64,000 bases of DNA from a virus: positions 33,142 through 97,141 of IMG/VR virus record IMGVR_UViG_3300024239_000013. One strand, 5' to 3'. Position 1 is the first letter of the stretch. The number at the start of each line of letters is the position of its first letter. The notes beneath the pieces are model-generated. The model made no database searches and was not told the origin of the DNA. It worked only from the letters and a program-made list of their open reading frames with translations. Positions 47,491 to 56,392 of this stretch are shown in pieces. The translations under genes were made by a program, and so were the position numbers.

Positions 47491-48300
47491 TTAGGTTATT
47501 TTAACGGTTTCATTACCTAAAAGATCTCTAACTTCTCTGAAGCATTTTAATTCAGGAAGCCAAATACGATGATTTCCAGTAGCTTTAATAGTCTTACCAG
47601 ACTCTAGTTCAATCATGTACCAATCGTTATTATTCTTTTGAATAGAATGACTGTTAATGGAGTTCATTTCATTTTCATCAGTTATAGTATTGTATGATAG
47701 AACCTTACCTGTATACTTTGACTCACAGATTTCCTTGATAGTCATTGGACCGTCTTCTGTGTTAACAATAACATCTTCAGACAAGCATCTTTCTTCATCA
47801 GTCTTTCTGATAAATGACGGGAAGTATCCCTTAACCTTTCCTGCTAGCTGTGCTGGAATAGGAGGTTCGTATTTTATGATTCCGAGAAGATCTGTTACAT
47901 CTAGACCCTCTTCTATAACAATAGAACCACCAGTCCCCAATTGTAATTTGTCTCCTTGTGGTTGTTTGCTAATTCCAACGACCATTTCTTTTTCACTTCT
48001 CAAAGTAGATAAAGGCAATAAAAGCCCTTGACTTAATTCTTGTCTAAGTCTAATAGTCTTTAATCTAAATCCTTCAATGTCCCCCATTTTTTTATATGAG
48101 GATTTTCTTAGAAATTCGAATTTTTCATCAATTGGTAAGAATGAATCAACTTCACAATAAATAGCCAATTCTCCCTCCTTATATTCTCCAATTCTAGTTA
48201 TAACTTTCCATCCACCAATATGACAAATCTCAAGTGAGTCTGCATTGGGATGTTTAGTTATTTTATCAATTCTCTTTACTGATGCTAATTTTCTTTCCAT
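47491..48300 (-). CDS. N-terminal half of the fractured polynucleotide ligase. N-extein (residues 1-171, with a tRNA-binding-domain-like OB N-terminus KHPNADSLEICHIGGWKV) is fused to the N-half of a split intein (residues 172-269, CLSEDVIVNTEDGPMTIKEI...IKATGNHRIW...; about 47494-47787)
   Basis: The intein N-half is collinear with DnaE split-intein N-halves (CLSYETEILTVEYGLLPIGKI...IRATKDHKF...); the ORF terminates right after the intein block. Confidence 0.7.
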   Translation of the reverse strand: MERKLASVKRIDKITKHPNADSLEICHIGGWKVITRIGEYKEGELAIYCEVDSFLPIDEKFEFLRKSSYKKMGDIEGFRLKTIRLRQELSQGLLLPLSTLRSEKEMVVGISKQPQGDKLQLGTGGSIVIEEGLDVTDLLGIIKYEPPIPAQLAGKVKGYFPSFIRKTDEERCLSEDVIVNTEDGPMTIKEICESKYTGKVLSYNTITDENEMNSINSHSIQKNNNDWYMIELESGKTIKATGNHRIWLPELKCFREVRDLLGNETVKIT

Positions 48301-48303
48301 CTT

Positions 48304-48765
48304 TTAATCTTTTTTATTTAATATTGTATGGATTGTTTCCTTTATTATTTCATTATATGGAAGCCAGGCTTCTGACAATTTTGCTTTGGTGTAATTTTTA
48401 GATCCCCTACAATCTCCATCTTTAGAAGGTTTAAGATCTCTGCACTGAGCAGGTCTTTCTTCAAATGACATCGTGCATCCTTTATCTGTTAAAAATATAC
48501 ACTCTCCTCCCCAAGAAGGATCAAGTACTTTACCTAAGGATTTTTTAGTCTGTGGACGTAGAAAGTAAAATGTTATATCATCATATTCGGGATTTTCTGT
48601 AGGATTACCTTCCCAGTAATCAAATTGATATCCCTTCTCGTACATTTTCTCCAGAGAATCGACAGTAATTTCTTTCATATCGTCAGGAGAAAGTATACCA
48701 GGAAGACTTTTACAACAACTTCCACACGATGAACAAATTGATATGTTTTCGTTATTTTCTATCAT
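48304..48765 (-). CDS. YkgJ-like cysteine-cluster protein (CSSCGSCCKSLPG)
   Basis: CxxCGxCC signature of the YkgJ/UPF0153 family. Confidence 0.45.
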   Translation of the reverse strand: MIENNENISICSSCGSCCKSLPGILSPDDMKEITVDSLEKMYEKGYQFDYWEGNPTENPEYDDITFYFLRPQTKKSLGKVLDPSWGGECIFLTDKGCTMSFEERPAQCRDLKPSKDGDCRGSKNYTKAKLSEAWLPYNEIIKETIHTILNKKD

Positions 48766-49019
48766 ATTTTTTAATTTATTAGATGTGACAGTTCTATATA
48801 GATATTAAAGTATCAACTATATTCTATTCAAAAAATAGGTTTAAAGAATCAATATCAGATTCATTTATTATTATAAAATACTCTCATATATTAATTTTAT
48901 ACCCAAATTTACATTCAAATTACGGGATAAAAAAATATAGATATATAATTATTTTTTTAATGGATCTTTTTAATTTGTCTAGATTACATTCTTTCGATGG
49001 ACTGAAAGAAATAAATTAA

Positions 49020-49049
49020 TTTGTAAAATATTATATGTCTAGTATAATT
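49020..49049 (+). promoter_or_regulatory. sigma70-like promoter candidate (TTTGTA-N17-TATAAT) upstream of 49093..49671, in a 327-bp divergent AT-rich intergenic region
   Basis: Hexamers read in the sequence; spacing is 17 nt. Confidence 0.3.
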
Positions 49050-49092
49050 CTTATTTTTCGATATATAAAAAAATCATATATTTTTAGCAATA

Positions 49093-49671
49093 ATGAAATA
49101 TCCAAAGAAGTATCTCACAGCAAATCCAAATGTAATGAAAAGAGAGATTAAAAAACACGGGGGAAAGGAAGACGACGATTCTTCCGCATACGGACCCTGG
49201 GATGCTGATTATAAAAGTAGAAAAGCTGGAAAGGGTAAACCGATTCCAACTAAACAGTCTAAATACACAAAAAAATACAAGGAACTCTTTGGAGAAAAAG
49301 AAAATTTTGAATCTAAAAACATACTAGATTTTGATGTGTTTAATCTACCAGACAATCTATTTGAGGATATAATTATAGAAAATACTGAAATTACCGAAAA
49401 GGTTATTATGGAATCTTCGATGGAGAAAGATGGTCCTATATATAAGGCTTTAAAAAAGAAATCTGATAAAACTGGATTTCCTCTAAATATATTAAAAAAA
49501 GTTTGGTCTAGAGGGTATTCAGCCTGGAAAACCGGTCATATTCCTGGGACTACACCCCAGCAATGGGCTATGGCTAGAGTTAATTCTTTTGTTACTGGTG
49601 GTAAAACAACTAAAATGTCCGATAAGGCACTATATGACCAGGCAAAGAAAAACAAGAAACAAAAAAGGTAG
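49093..49671 (+). CDS. hypothetical basic protein
   Basis: 192-aa ORF. Confidence 0.55.
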   Translation: MKYPKKYLTANPNVMKREIKKHGGKEDDDSSAYGPWDADYKSRKAGKGKPIPTKQSKYTKKYKELFGEKENFESKNILDFDVFNLPDNLFEDIIIENTEITEKVIMESSMEKDGPIYKALKKKSDKTGFPLNILKKVWSRGYSAWKTGHIPGTTPQQWAMARVNSFVTGGKTTKMSDKALYDQAKKNKKQKR

Positions 49672-49676
49672 TTCTT

Positions 49677-50426
49677 TTAAACTACCATATTTTTTTCAAA
49701 TTGTTCATATGTCCATTTAAGATAATCGTTACCAGCTTGGGTATTTTTAAAGGGATCTATTGGAATTTCGCCCCTATATTTATCAGGGCTTATCTTTTTC
49801 AGCTGTTCCCAAGCAGAAGGACCTATTTGAAATAGTCCTTTATAAGTTCTGTTTGTGTCTGGATCTGGATCAAATCTAGATTCTTTGTAAGCAACGGTCG
49901 TCAGAAATTCTTTTGGGAAATTAGGATTTGGTAGCTTTTCTATAGCATTCTTAACAACTTTATGTTGTGGAAGATTTATTTTATTTAAAGCTTCTTTTTT
50001 ATATTTATCCCAAGTGTTCTTCTGATAATTCAGAAAAGCCAATACAGCTTCCTTATCGTTTCCTTTTAAAACTTTAGCGTATCCTGGATCAGAGGAAGGC
50101 ATATTTTTAAGCATATTGTTTCTATCAGAACTGTTCAGTTTTTCCTTTCCTAGATAAACGTTAACCAATTTAACTGCTCCAGAAGGACCCTGCTGATGAG
50201 GTAAATATAACATATGTTGTCCTTCTATAGGAGAAGGTTGTTTAGCAACCTGTTGTTTTTTAACCTGTGTTGGTTGGAGGGTTTTCTGTGCTTCTTTCTG
50301 AAAAATTCTAGATAATAGCTTTTTAAAACTATCCCACAAATTCTTAACTCCATCTGAAAATCCCTCGTTAATTTCCAATTCGGGGTGAAATTCAAATTCT
50401 CTATATTCTTTAATGTGTTTTAGCAT
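49677..50426 (-). CDS. second lytic transglycosylase (SLT domain) with targeting-like N-terminus (MLKHIKEYREFEFHPELEINEG)
   Basis: SLT-type motif TVAYKESRFDPDPD...YKGLFQIGPSAWEQ. Confidence 0.6.
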   Translation of the reverse strand: MLKHIKEYREFEFHPELEINEGFSDGVKNLWDSFKKLLSRIFQKEAQKTLQPTQVKKQQVAKQPSPIEGQHMLYLPHQQGPSGAVKLVNVYLGKEKLNSSDRNNMLKNMPSSDPGYAKVLKGNDKEAVLAFLNYQKNTWDKYKKEALNKINLPQHKVVKNAIEKLPNPNFPKEFLTTVAYKESRFDPDPDTNRTYKGLFQIGPSAWEQLKKISPDKYRGEIPIDPFKNTQAGNDYLKWTYEQFEKNMVV

Positions 50427-50459
50427 AGTATTATATATCTATGAATCCCGTGGATAAAT

Positions 50460-50714
50460 TTAAAGTTTGGAATCTGCGGGCCAAAGATGTTCGTATCCCG
50501 TAATTTCACACCAATATTCAATATCAGAAAGCTCAAAATCCCGATCATCATAGAAATCTATAAAGTGTGATCCGTCCATATAGCCTTCATAAACGACGGC
50601 TATATGGAATTTACCATTCTTGTCCATGGCTACCACTGGATCACTCATTGAACCGTCCCAGTGACCTTTTTTATATGCGTTTGGGGTTTCATTCTTTACG
50701 TTTTTCCACTTCAT
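50460..50714 (-). CDS. hypothetical protein
   Basis: 84-aa ORF. Confidence 0.45.
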   Translation of the reverse strand: MKWKNVKNETPNAYKKGHWDGSMSDPVVAMDKNGKFHIAVVYEGYMDGSHFIDFYDDRDFELSDIEYWCEITGYEHLWPADSKL

Positions 50715-50721
50715 ATTTTTT

Positions 50722-51773
50722 CTATTTTTTAAATCTATTAAAAGAATTGACGGTGATCAAATTCCATTTAACTTTACCTATAAAATAATTAAGACTCCTT
50801 GAATTTGTGTAACTCATTGCAGAACTTAAATAGCTTTTTAAGTTATCAACCCATCCGTTGATTGTATATTCAACCGGCTGCATTCTAGTAACACCCTCGC
50901 TAGTTTTAAGTACAGTTTTACCCATTGCTAACTGTGCCTCCTTGGTACTCATTCCTCTGAACTTCTTAAACATTTTGGTTCCGAAGTTAAATAGCTGTTC
51001 AGTTTCCTTGGAGTATTGATCTACTCTTTCTCCAGGCTCTGTCCACCCTTCTTTTTTATTGTTTGCAAGATATGTTTCCCCGCACTCTCTAGAGCTTTAT
51101 TTAATATAGACCCAAGCATAATATAATCTGCTCCTAAAGCCAATCCTTTAATAATATCAGAATAACTTTTAAATCCACCATCAGCAACTATTTTTGAAGG
51201 ATTCGTTAGAGATTTTTTAATTCGATAACACTCATCAATTAGTGATGCCATAGGATAACCGATACCTGTCTGAACTGTAGTAAGACATCCTCCCCCATTA
51301 CCAATACCAATTCTAATATAATCTGCTCCGGCATCTGAAAAAATCTTATATGTTTCAGGATAAGCAACATTCCCGACCATTAATACTAAATCTTCTCCGT
51401 ACATATCTTTGCCTTTTTTGACTAGATCTAGTAATTTAGTCATATGGCCGTTAGCTATATCGATAAGAATATAATACTTTCCCTCTCTCTTATTTTTAAT
51501 AAAGAGTTCTTCGAATTGGTCCATTCCAATAGCTCTAAAAAAATCGAAAGATGTATTTTCTAAATTGGAATCAGAATATTCGGTCCTTGGCATTATTACT
51601 TTGATTCCTGCTTTAAGGAAGAAATCTTTATTTTCTTCACAAATTACAGTATCCATAGGTGCTGTAAAAAGGGGAAGATATCCATCCTCATATAAAACAT
51701 TAACTTCTTTTCTTGAAGTAATTTCGCTAATCGTAGCGGGAGTAATTAAAATATCATCAAAATCAAATTTCAT
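50722..51773 (-). pseudogene. GMP reductase / IMPDH-family (beta/alpha)8 enzyme interrupted by a -1 frameshift at a GGGGAAA tract (about 51085-51095). N-part is track ORF 51021..51773; C-part continues in the -1 frame through KMFKKFRGMSTKEAQ...EGVTRMQPVEY to 50722
   Basis: N-part carries the conserved GIGNGGGCLTTVQTGIGYP and ADGGFKSYSDIIKGLALGADYIMLGS blocks; hand translation of the other frame restores the canonical ...ESxGE-x-Y...RGMSS...EGKTV C-terminus. Confidence 0.6.
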
Positions 51774-52085
51774 TTATTTAGTTTTTTTTAAGTAATTAAC
51801 AACTGATTGTAATTTATCCGCATCCTTTTCGTTAAAGATGAATTCATCAAAAGCACCATAATTACATTTTCTCCCGAAAATATACATTAAGCCGTATTTT
51901 AATCTTTCAAAGAAAGGTCTTTTGTTTAGATGTATATGAAAATAACACATTGGATGTTTTACCCCATTAATATCATCATCGCTATATAAAATAATCATTT
52001 GATGTTCAGTCGAATAGCAACTACACAAAAGAATGTCTTTTTTATCGGTCATTTCCGATTCTTTTAAAAAATCTGTTTCCTCCAT
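51774..52085 (-). CDS. hypothetical protein
   Basis: 103-aa ORF. Confidence 0.45.
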   Translation of the reverse strand: MEETDFLKESEMTDKKDILLCSCYSTEHQMIILYSDDDINGVKHPMCYFHIHLNKRPFFERLKYGLMYIFGRKCNYGAFDEFIFNEKDADKLQSVVNYLKKTK

Positions 52086-52116
52086 TTTCTTTTATATTTT
52101 TATTTATTTTTTTTTA

Positions 52117-52452
52117 TTAATTCTCCTCGTACACATCAAACCCATCTTGATCATAATGATATTCGCAACAAGGATACGGTCTTCCTTTTTCGTCTATCTT
52201 TTGCCAAGCTTTTTTCTCATAGCTAACCCATATCCAATCAACACCTTCAATTCCAATTGGATGATCCTCAGATTCCAATGGGGGATCGTATGAATATGGG
52301 TCGATGTATCTATGACCACATTCACATTCTCTATTTACACAATCGTCGCATACATATGGACTGCTTCCGTCTCTGTATCCTGGAACGTAACACCATACGG
52401 CTAATTTTCCGCAATCACACAATATTTTTTCTTTATTACCAACTGTCAACAT
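52117..52452 (-). CDS. Cys-rich (zinc-binding?) hypothetical protein
   Basis: CDCGK...CDDCVNRECECGH clusters. Confidence 0.45.
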   Translation of the reverse strand: MLTVGNKEKILCDCGKLAVWCYVPGYRDGSSPYVCDDCVNRECECGHRYIDPYSYDPPLESEDHPIGIEGVDWIWVSYEKKAWQKIDEKGRPYPCCEYHYDQDGFDVYEEN

Positions 52453-52639
52453 CTGTTAAATCTAATTCTGTTTTTGTTAAATGACTATATACCGATATTT
52501 CCAAACCTATAGAATTGGGTGTTATTTTCCAAGTAAATGTTCCATATTCACCATAAATAGCCTTAATGTGACTAATCCATTCCTGATATAAAGAATTCTG
52601 CTTATCGGATAATTCTGCATGAATTACCTTATTATTCAT
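52436..52639 (-). CDS. hypothetical protein
   Basis: 67-aa ORF. Confidence 0.4.
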   Translation of the reverse strand: MNNKVIHAELSDKQNSLYQEWISHIKAIYGEYGTFTWKITPNSIGLEISVYSHLTKTELDLTDVDSW

Positions 52640-52653
52640 CTTGATTAATTTTT

Positions 52654-53328
52654 TTATTTCAACTTTTTAGATTTGATAACTTCATCAATTATACCATATT
52701 CAACTGCATCTTCTGAGCTTAACCAGAAATCTCTGGTTGCATCATTTTTTACCTGTTCGGCAGTTTTTCCACAATATTCGCCAAGAAGCTCAAATAAAAT
52801 CTCATTGTATTTTTTCCACTCTAACATATCAATTTCTGCGTCTTGTATGTTTCCGCTAAATCCACCGCTGGATTGGTGAAGCATAACCTTACTAAATCTT
52901 AGTGAGGCTCTTTTACCCTTAGTTCCTGCTCCCAATAAAACAGATCCCATTGAAGCTGCCATTCCTGTATTCACTGTTACTATGTCGGATTTAATGTAAC
53001 CCATAACGTCAACCATACTAAGTCCAGATTTAACAGATCCTCCTGGTGTGTCAATATGCATTGTAATGTCTCTATCATCAACAGAATCTAGAAACATAAG
53101 TTGTGCTTGTACAACGGTAGACATGTCGTCGTTAACAACTCCCGCAACCCAAAGAATTCTATCCATCATTAACCTATCAAAGACTGTCATCTGAGTAACT
53201 CTAAGCTGTCTCTCCTCGAGAATCATAGGAGTCATTGATGACTGGATTTTTTTGTCATAATAATCCAATTTCATAGAACTTATTCCGCTGCTCAGAGCAT
53301 ATTTTTTAAATTCCGCTGATGTATTCAT
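52654..53328 (-). CDS. clpP: ClpP-family serine protease. Probable start at the internal Met (MNTSAEFKK...); the track ORF extends to 53403
   Basis: Full-length ClpP similarity: DRILWVAGVVND, IDTPGGSVKSGLSMVDVM, GMAASMGSVLLGAGTKGKR, MLHQSSGGFSGNIQDAEI. Confidence 0.7.
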   Translation of the reverse strand: MNTSAEFKKYALSSGISSMKLDYYDKKIQSSMTPMILEERQLRVTQMTVFDRLMMDRILWVAGVVNDDMSTVVQAQLMFLDSVDDRDITMHIDTPGGSVKSGLSMVDVMGYIKSDIVTVNTGMAASMGSVLLGAGTKGKRASLRFSKVMLHQSSGGFSGNIQDAEIDMLEWKKYNEILFELLGEYCGKTAEQVKNDATRDFWLSSEDAVEYGIIDEVIKSKKLK

Positions 53329-53350
53329 ATTTAATCTATATTTTGTTTTT

Positions 53351-53755
53351 TTAATAATGTAAATCAATAAATAAAAAATCCTGATCGTCTTTATAGCTAA
53401 CACAACTCCAAGCAGGATGATATTGTTCTTTCAGCTCATCCCCAATCTCAATAATATTCGATAATGGATCCTCGATATCATATTCAGGTTCAAGACCACA
53501 TTCTCTTCTTTTAGATTCTTTTAAAAGATTTTCATTCATTTTTTTTGCTGAATGATAGGTAACACCTTCCTTTAGATAAACCCCCCAATCATTTCTTTCG
53601 AAATAAAAGTCCTCAACCCTCTGTATCATTATTTTTGCGTCATCTGGGATTCCATTTTTCTTTACGAATTCCTTTAGCCCACCAACAGTCAAATGCTGTT
53701 TATAATTCTTAATATCTTCTTTTGTGAGTTTTTTAATATTATTTTTATTCCTCAT
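53351..53755 (-). CDS. hypothetical protein
   Basis: 134-aa ORF. Confidence 0.45.
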   Translation of the reverse strand: MRNKNNIKKLTKEDIKNYKQHLTVGGLKEFVKKNGIPDDAKIMIQRVEDFYFERNDWGVYLKEGVTYHSAKKMNENLLKESKRRECGLEPEYDIEDPLSNIIEIGDELKEQYHPAWSCVSYKDDQDFLFIDLHY

Positions 53756-54150
53756 TTTTTTCTAAATTTAACATAGTTTTCTAAATATGAGGAGATGTTT
53801 TTTCCTCCTGCAGGATTCATAGAATGAACCAAATATTCAGGAAGATCCAAATCATTATCTATACAATAATCAACCAACCACTTTGCACAATCTAACCCAG
53901 TTTTTTCTTTAAATCTTTTGTACAATTTATTATAAGAACCCCCGTACATTTTTGGAGAGTAATGCTCATCAGCGAGGTCATGATCAAAAGAAATTATCTT
54001 AGGAAGACCTTTTTTGATGATGTAATCAACAAACTCGTCATAGTTTCTAACGATTACCCATTCCAATTTAGAATATATTGGGAGCTTCATATACTTTATA
54101 CAGTCATAAGGATGTCTAAAATCATCCAGAAATAAATTGTAATTCATCAT
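53752..54150 (-). CDS. hypothetical protein
   Basis: 132-aa ORF. Confidence 0.45.
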   Translation of the reverse strand: MMNYNLFLDDFRHPYDCIKYMKLPIYSKLEWVIVRNYDEFVDYIIKKGLPKIISFDHDLADEHYSPKMYGGSYNKLYKRFKEKTGLDCAKWLVDYCIDNDLDLPEYLVHSMNPAGGKNISSYLENYVKFRKK

Positions 54151-54161
54151 TATTTTTCCGT

Positions 54162-54542
54162 TTATTTTATTTTAATAAATAAATTTCCTGATTCTATAGA
54201 GGAAATACACAATAAATATTCAACCAATGTGATTTTTTTATTGTTTATTTCCATGTAAATTGAGTTTAGAAGAACTCTATCACTAAATGTTCCACCAAAT
54301 TCGTCACACTTTAGAATTATCTTAGTGTTCTTACCAAAAATCTCTGTTCCGAGGTCAGTTAAAAGATCCCTTGAAATATTAAAACTTATAGTTTTATGTG
54401 CATATCTAGCAAATACCCTTAGAATAGATCCACGAAGTTTTGTTTTAAAGATTTCCAGAATTGGGGATTCTCCTAGCTCTTCATAGCTCATATTATAATT
54501 TTCGAGATCCTCTTTTTTTATATTGAAATCTATGGTAGGCAT
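54162..54542 (-). CDS. hypothetical protein
   Basis: 126-aa ORF. Confidence 0.45.
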   Translation of the reverse strand: MPTIDFNIKKEDLENYNMSYEELGESPILEIFKTKLRGSILRVFARYAHKTISFNISRDLLTDLGTEIFGKNTKIILKCDEFGGTFSDRVLLNSIYMEINNKKITLVEYLLCISSIESGNLFIKIK

Positions 54543-54543
54543 A

Positions 54544-55284
54544 TTATCTGAACCAGTTTATCATACCATCCCACATTGCATCTCCGTGATTTATAGCCCC
54601 AAAATCGTAAAATTCCTCAATTCCAGATTCATCAAAATCCCTATCTTCTTCTGTGTAATATTCGGATTTTTCTAGAGTTTCTATTGGATTTTTTCTTTCC
54701 TTGTAATATTTCCACCATTCTTCTTTAGAGATATTCTCATAATCTGGATATATTGAAATTTCACCGGGATTATATAGACTAGGTTTAACCTTAGCAGGAA
54801 GACCATAGTACCATATCTTTCTGTCAGTCTCATTTTCAGGGTTTATGAAATTGTAAGGATGTTCTAATAGTTCTATAGTTAAAGCTTGAGCTTTCGACAT
54901 TGCATAACCAAGATCTCTAGAAGCAAATGAATATATCAATTTACCATTTGCATAGATTTCACATTTACCATTAGCCCTTAAATCATATTCATCCCACTTA
55001 TGTTTCAGATAATTATTTTGTTTATATCTGATTTCCCAACAAATTCTATTATTGCCTTTATTTATATAAGGAGTAAGTTCTCTTTCGAAATTAATCTCAC
55101 CTCTTACAGGTTCTTCTGTGTGATCTAGCCACCAAGTTGTTGGTGAATCATTCATTTCTCCTAATACATGGTGATATCCGTCTATGTCGTAAACCGTACA
55201 TAGTCTATCGTCCAAATATACGTCAAAAGCTTTTCTTACTTTATATTTTTCCCTTGCTTTGCTTATAGTTAAATATTTCCCCAT
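54544..55284 (-). CDS. hypothetical protein
   Basis: 246-aa ORF. Confidence 0.5.
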   Translation of the reverse strand: MGKYLTISKAREKYKVRKAFDVYLDDRLCTVYDIDGYHHVLGEMNDSPTTWWLDHTEEPVRGEINFERELTPYINKGNNRICWEIRYKQNNYLKHKWDEYDLRANGKCEIYANGKLIYSFASRDLGYAMSKAQALTIELLEHPYNFINPENETDRKIWYYGLPAKVKPSLYNPGEISIYPDYENISKEEWWKYYKERKNPIETLEKSEYYTEEDRDFDESGIEEFYDFGAINHGDAMWDGMINWFR

Positions 55285-55288
55285 ATTT

Positions 55289-55708
55289 TTATAATTCTAT
55301 TTCAAATCTATCTTTCATTTTTCTTATAGATTCTTCAGGAACCTCGTGAACATTAGTTCCCCCGTGTCTGTTCTCTATAATTATACTAGTTACCATATAA
55401 CCATATTCCTTTGCCAATTTGAAATATGGTTCCATTTCCCATTCTTGTGTAAATGTATTGGAAACTACTATTTCTGGATAATATCGAGAGTTTTGTTTAT
55501 TCTCTTTCATTCTATTCTCAACCTCATTTCTACACCATTCATGTGCAGCTTTTAATTTAGAAGGATTGAAATTATATTCCCCAGTTTCTTTATCGTAGAA
55601 ATATTTGTCAGCCTCGCATATTTCACAATCATTCCAAAGATGTCTTGCGAATGTAGATTTACCAGAGCCAGGTACACCTCTAATTAAAAATAGTGTAGGA
55701 TTCAACAT
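55289..55708 (-). CDS. polynucleotide 5'-kinase (T4 Pnk kinase-domain-like P-loop protein)
   Basis: LIRGVPGSGKSTFARHL versus T4 Pnk TIGCPGSGKSTWAREF; LAKEYGYMV versus T4 FAKEYGWKV. Confidence 0.65.
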   Translation of the reverse strand: MLNPTLFLIRGVPGSGKSTFARHLWNDCEICEADKYFYDKETGEYNFNPSKLKAAHEWCRNEVENRMKENKQNSRYYPEIVVSNTFTQEWEMEPYFKLAKEYGYMVTSIIIENRHGGTNVHEVPEESIRKMKDRFEIEL

Positions 55709-55741
55709 TTTTGTGGATTTTTTTAGATTTAATTTATTAAA

Positions 55742-56386
55742 TTAATTTTCCATGTGATGGTCTTTAGGTAGGACAAGAGTCTTTATTGGTCTGCCTTTTA
55801 AAATACCTAAGATCTCGTCTAGACTATATGGCTTTAAATCGTTACCATCAACTCCTACATCCATTGCTCTCCCCGAATTTACCTTTAAATTAGGTGGAAG
55901 ATGAACGTGTCCATGCAGATGTGGAACTCCCCTCCCCATATCTTCCCAGCTAGCAACAGGGAAGTGACTGCAGAAAAATTTGTATTTTTCAGTTTCTTTA
56001 TCCCGAGGTCTTCTTATTTCTAAGATATCATAGAATGCAACTTCTTTGAATATCTCTTGAATACCTTCTCTATTATTTTTTATGTGATGATCGTGATTTC
56101 CAAGAAATATGATAATATTCTTACATTTTATTTGAGATCTAAATTGTTCTATGGATTCAAATCCACCAAAACTCCAATCCCCTAAGTGGACTAAATAATC
56201 ATTCTCGTCAACATATAAATTTATTCCGTTAACAAGAGCGGAATTCATTTCCCCTAAGCTGTGGAAATCCCTAGTTCTGCTGGATTTATCACTCCAAGTT
56301 GAAACTCCTCGACAAATATTCTGGTGTGAATAGTGAGTATCGCTAGTAAACCAAATTTTCTGGTTCTTTTCTAATGTTATTTTCAT
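55742..56386 (-). CDS. calcineurin-like metallophosphoesterase (candidate 2',3'-cyclic/3'-phosphate end-healing phosphatase)
   Basis: WFTSDTHYSH, GDWSFGG, GNHDHH and HGHVH metallophosphoesterase motifs; sits between the kinase and Rnl1 genes, as in bacterial Pnkp. Confidence 0.6.
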   Translation of the reverse strand: MKITLEKNQKIWFTSDTHYSHQNICRGVSTWSDKSSRTRDFHSLGEMNSALVNGINLYVDENDYLVHLGDWSFGGFESIEQFRSQIKCKNIIIFLGNHDHHIKNNREGIQEIFKEVAFYDILEIRRPRDKETEKYKFFCSHFPVASWEDMGRGVPHLHGHVHLPPNLKVNSGRAMDVGVDGNDLKPYSLDEILGILKGRPIKTLVLPKDHHMEN

Positions 56387-56392
56387 AATTAT

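Noticed and set aside
50722-51773. Split intein or intron as the cause of the broken GMP reductase
   Set aside because: The two parts are about 48 nt apart and in adjacent frames. No Hint-domain blocks or intron structure are present. A 1-nt slip at GGGGAAA restores a canonical protein, so a frameshift is the parsimonious explanation.
52654-53403. ClpP as the prohead protease that cleaves the targeting sequences
   Set aside because: The T4-type I-x-E targeting-site cleavage is carried out by a gp21 assemblin-fold protease, not ClpP. This gene looks like an ordinary full-length cellular-type ClpP, so it is annotated as an auxiliary protease. The true prohead protease is presumably outside this window.
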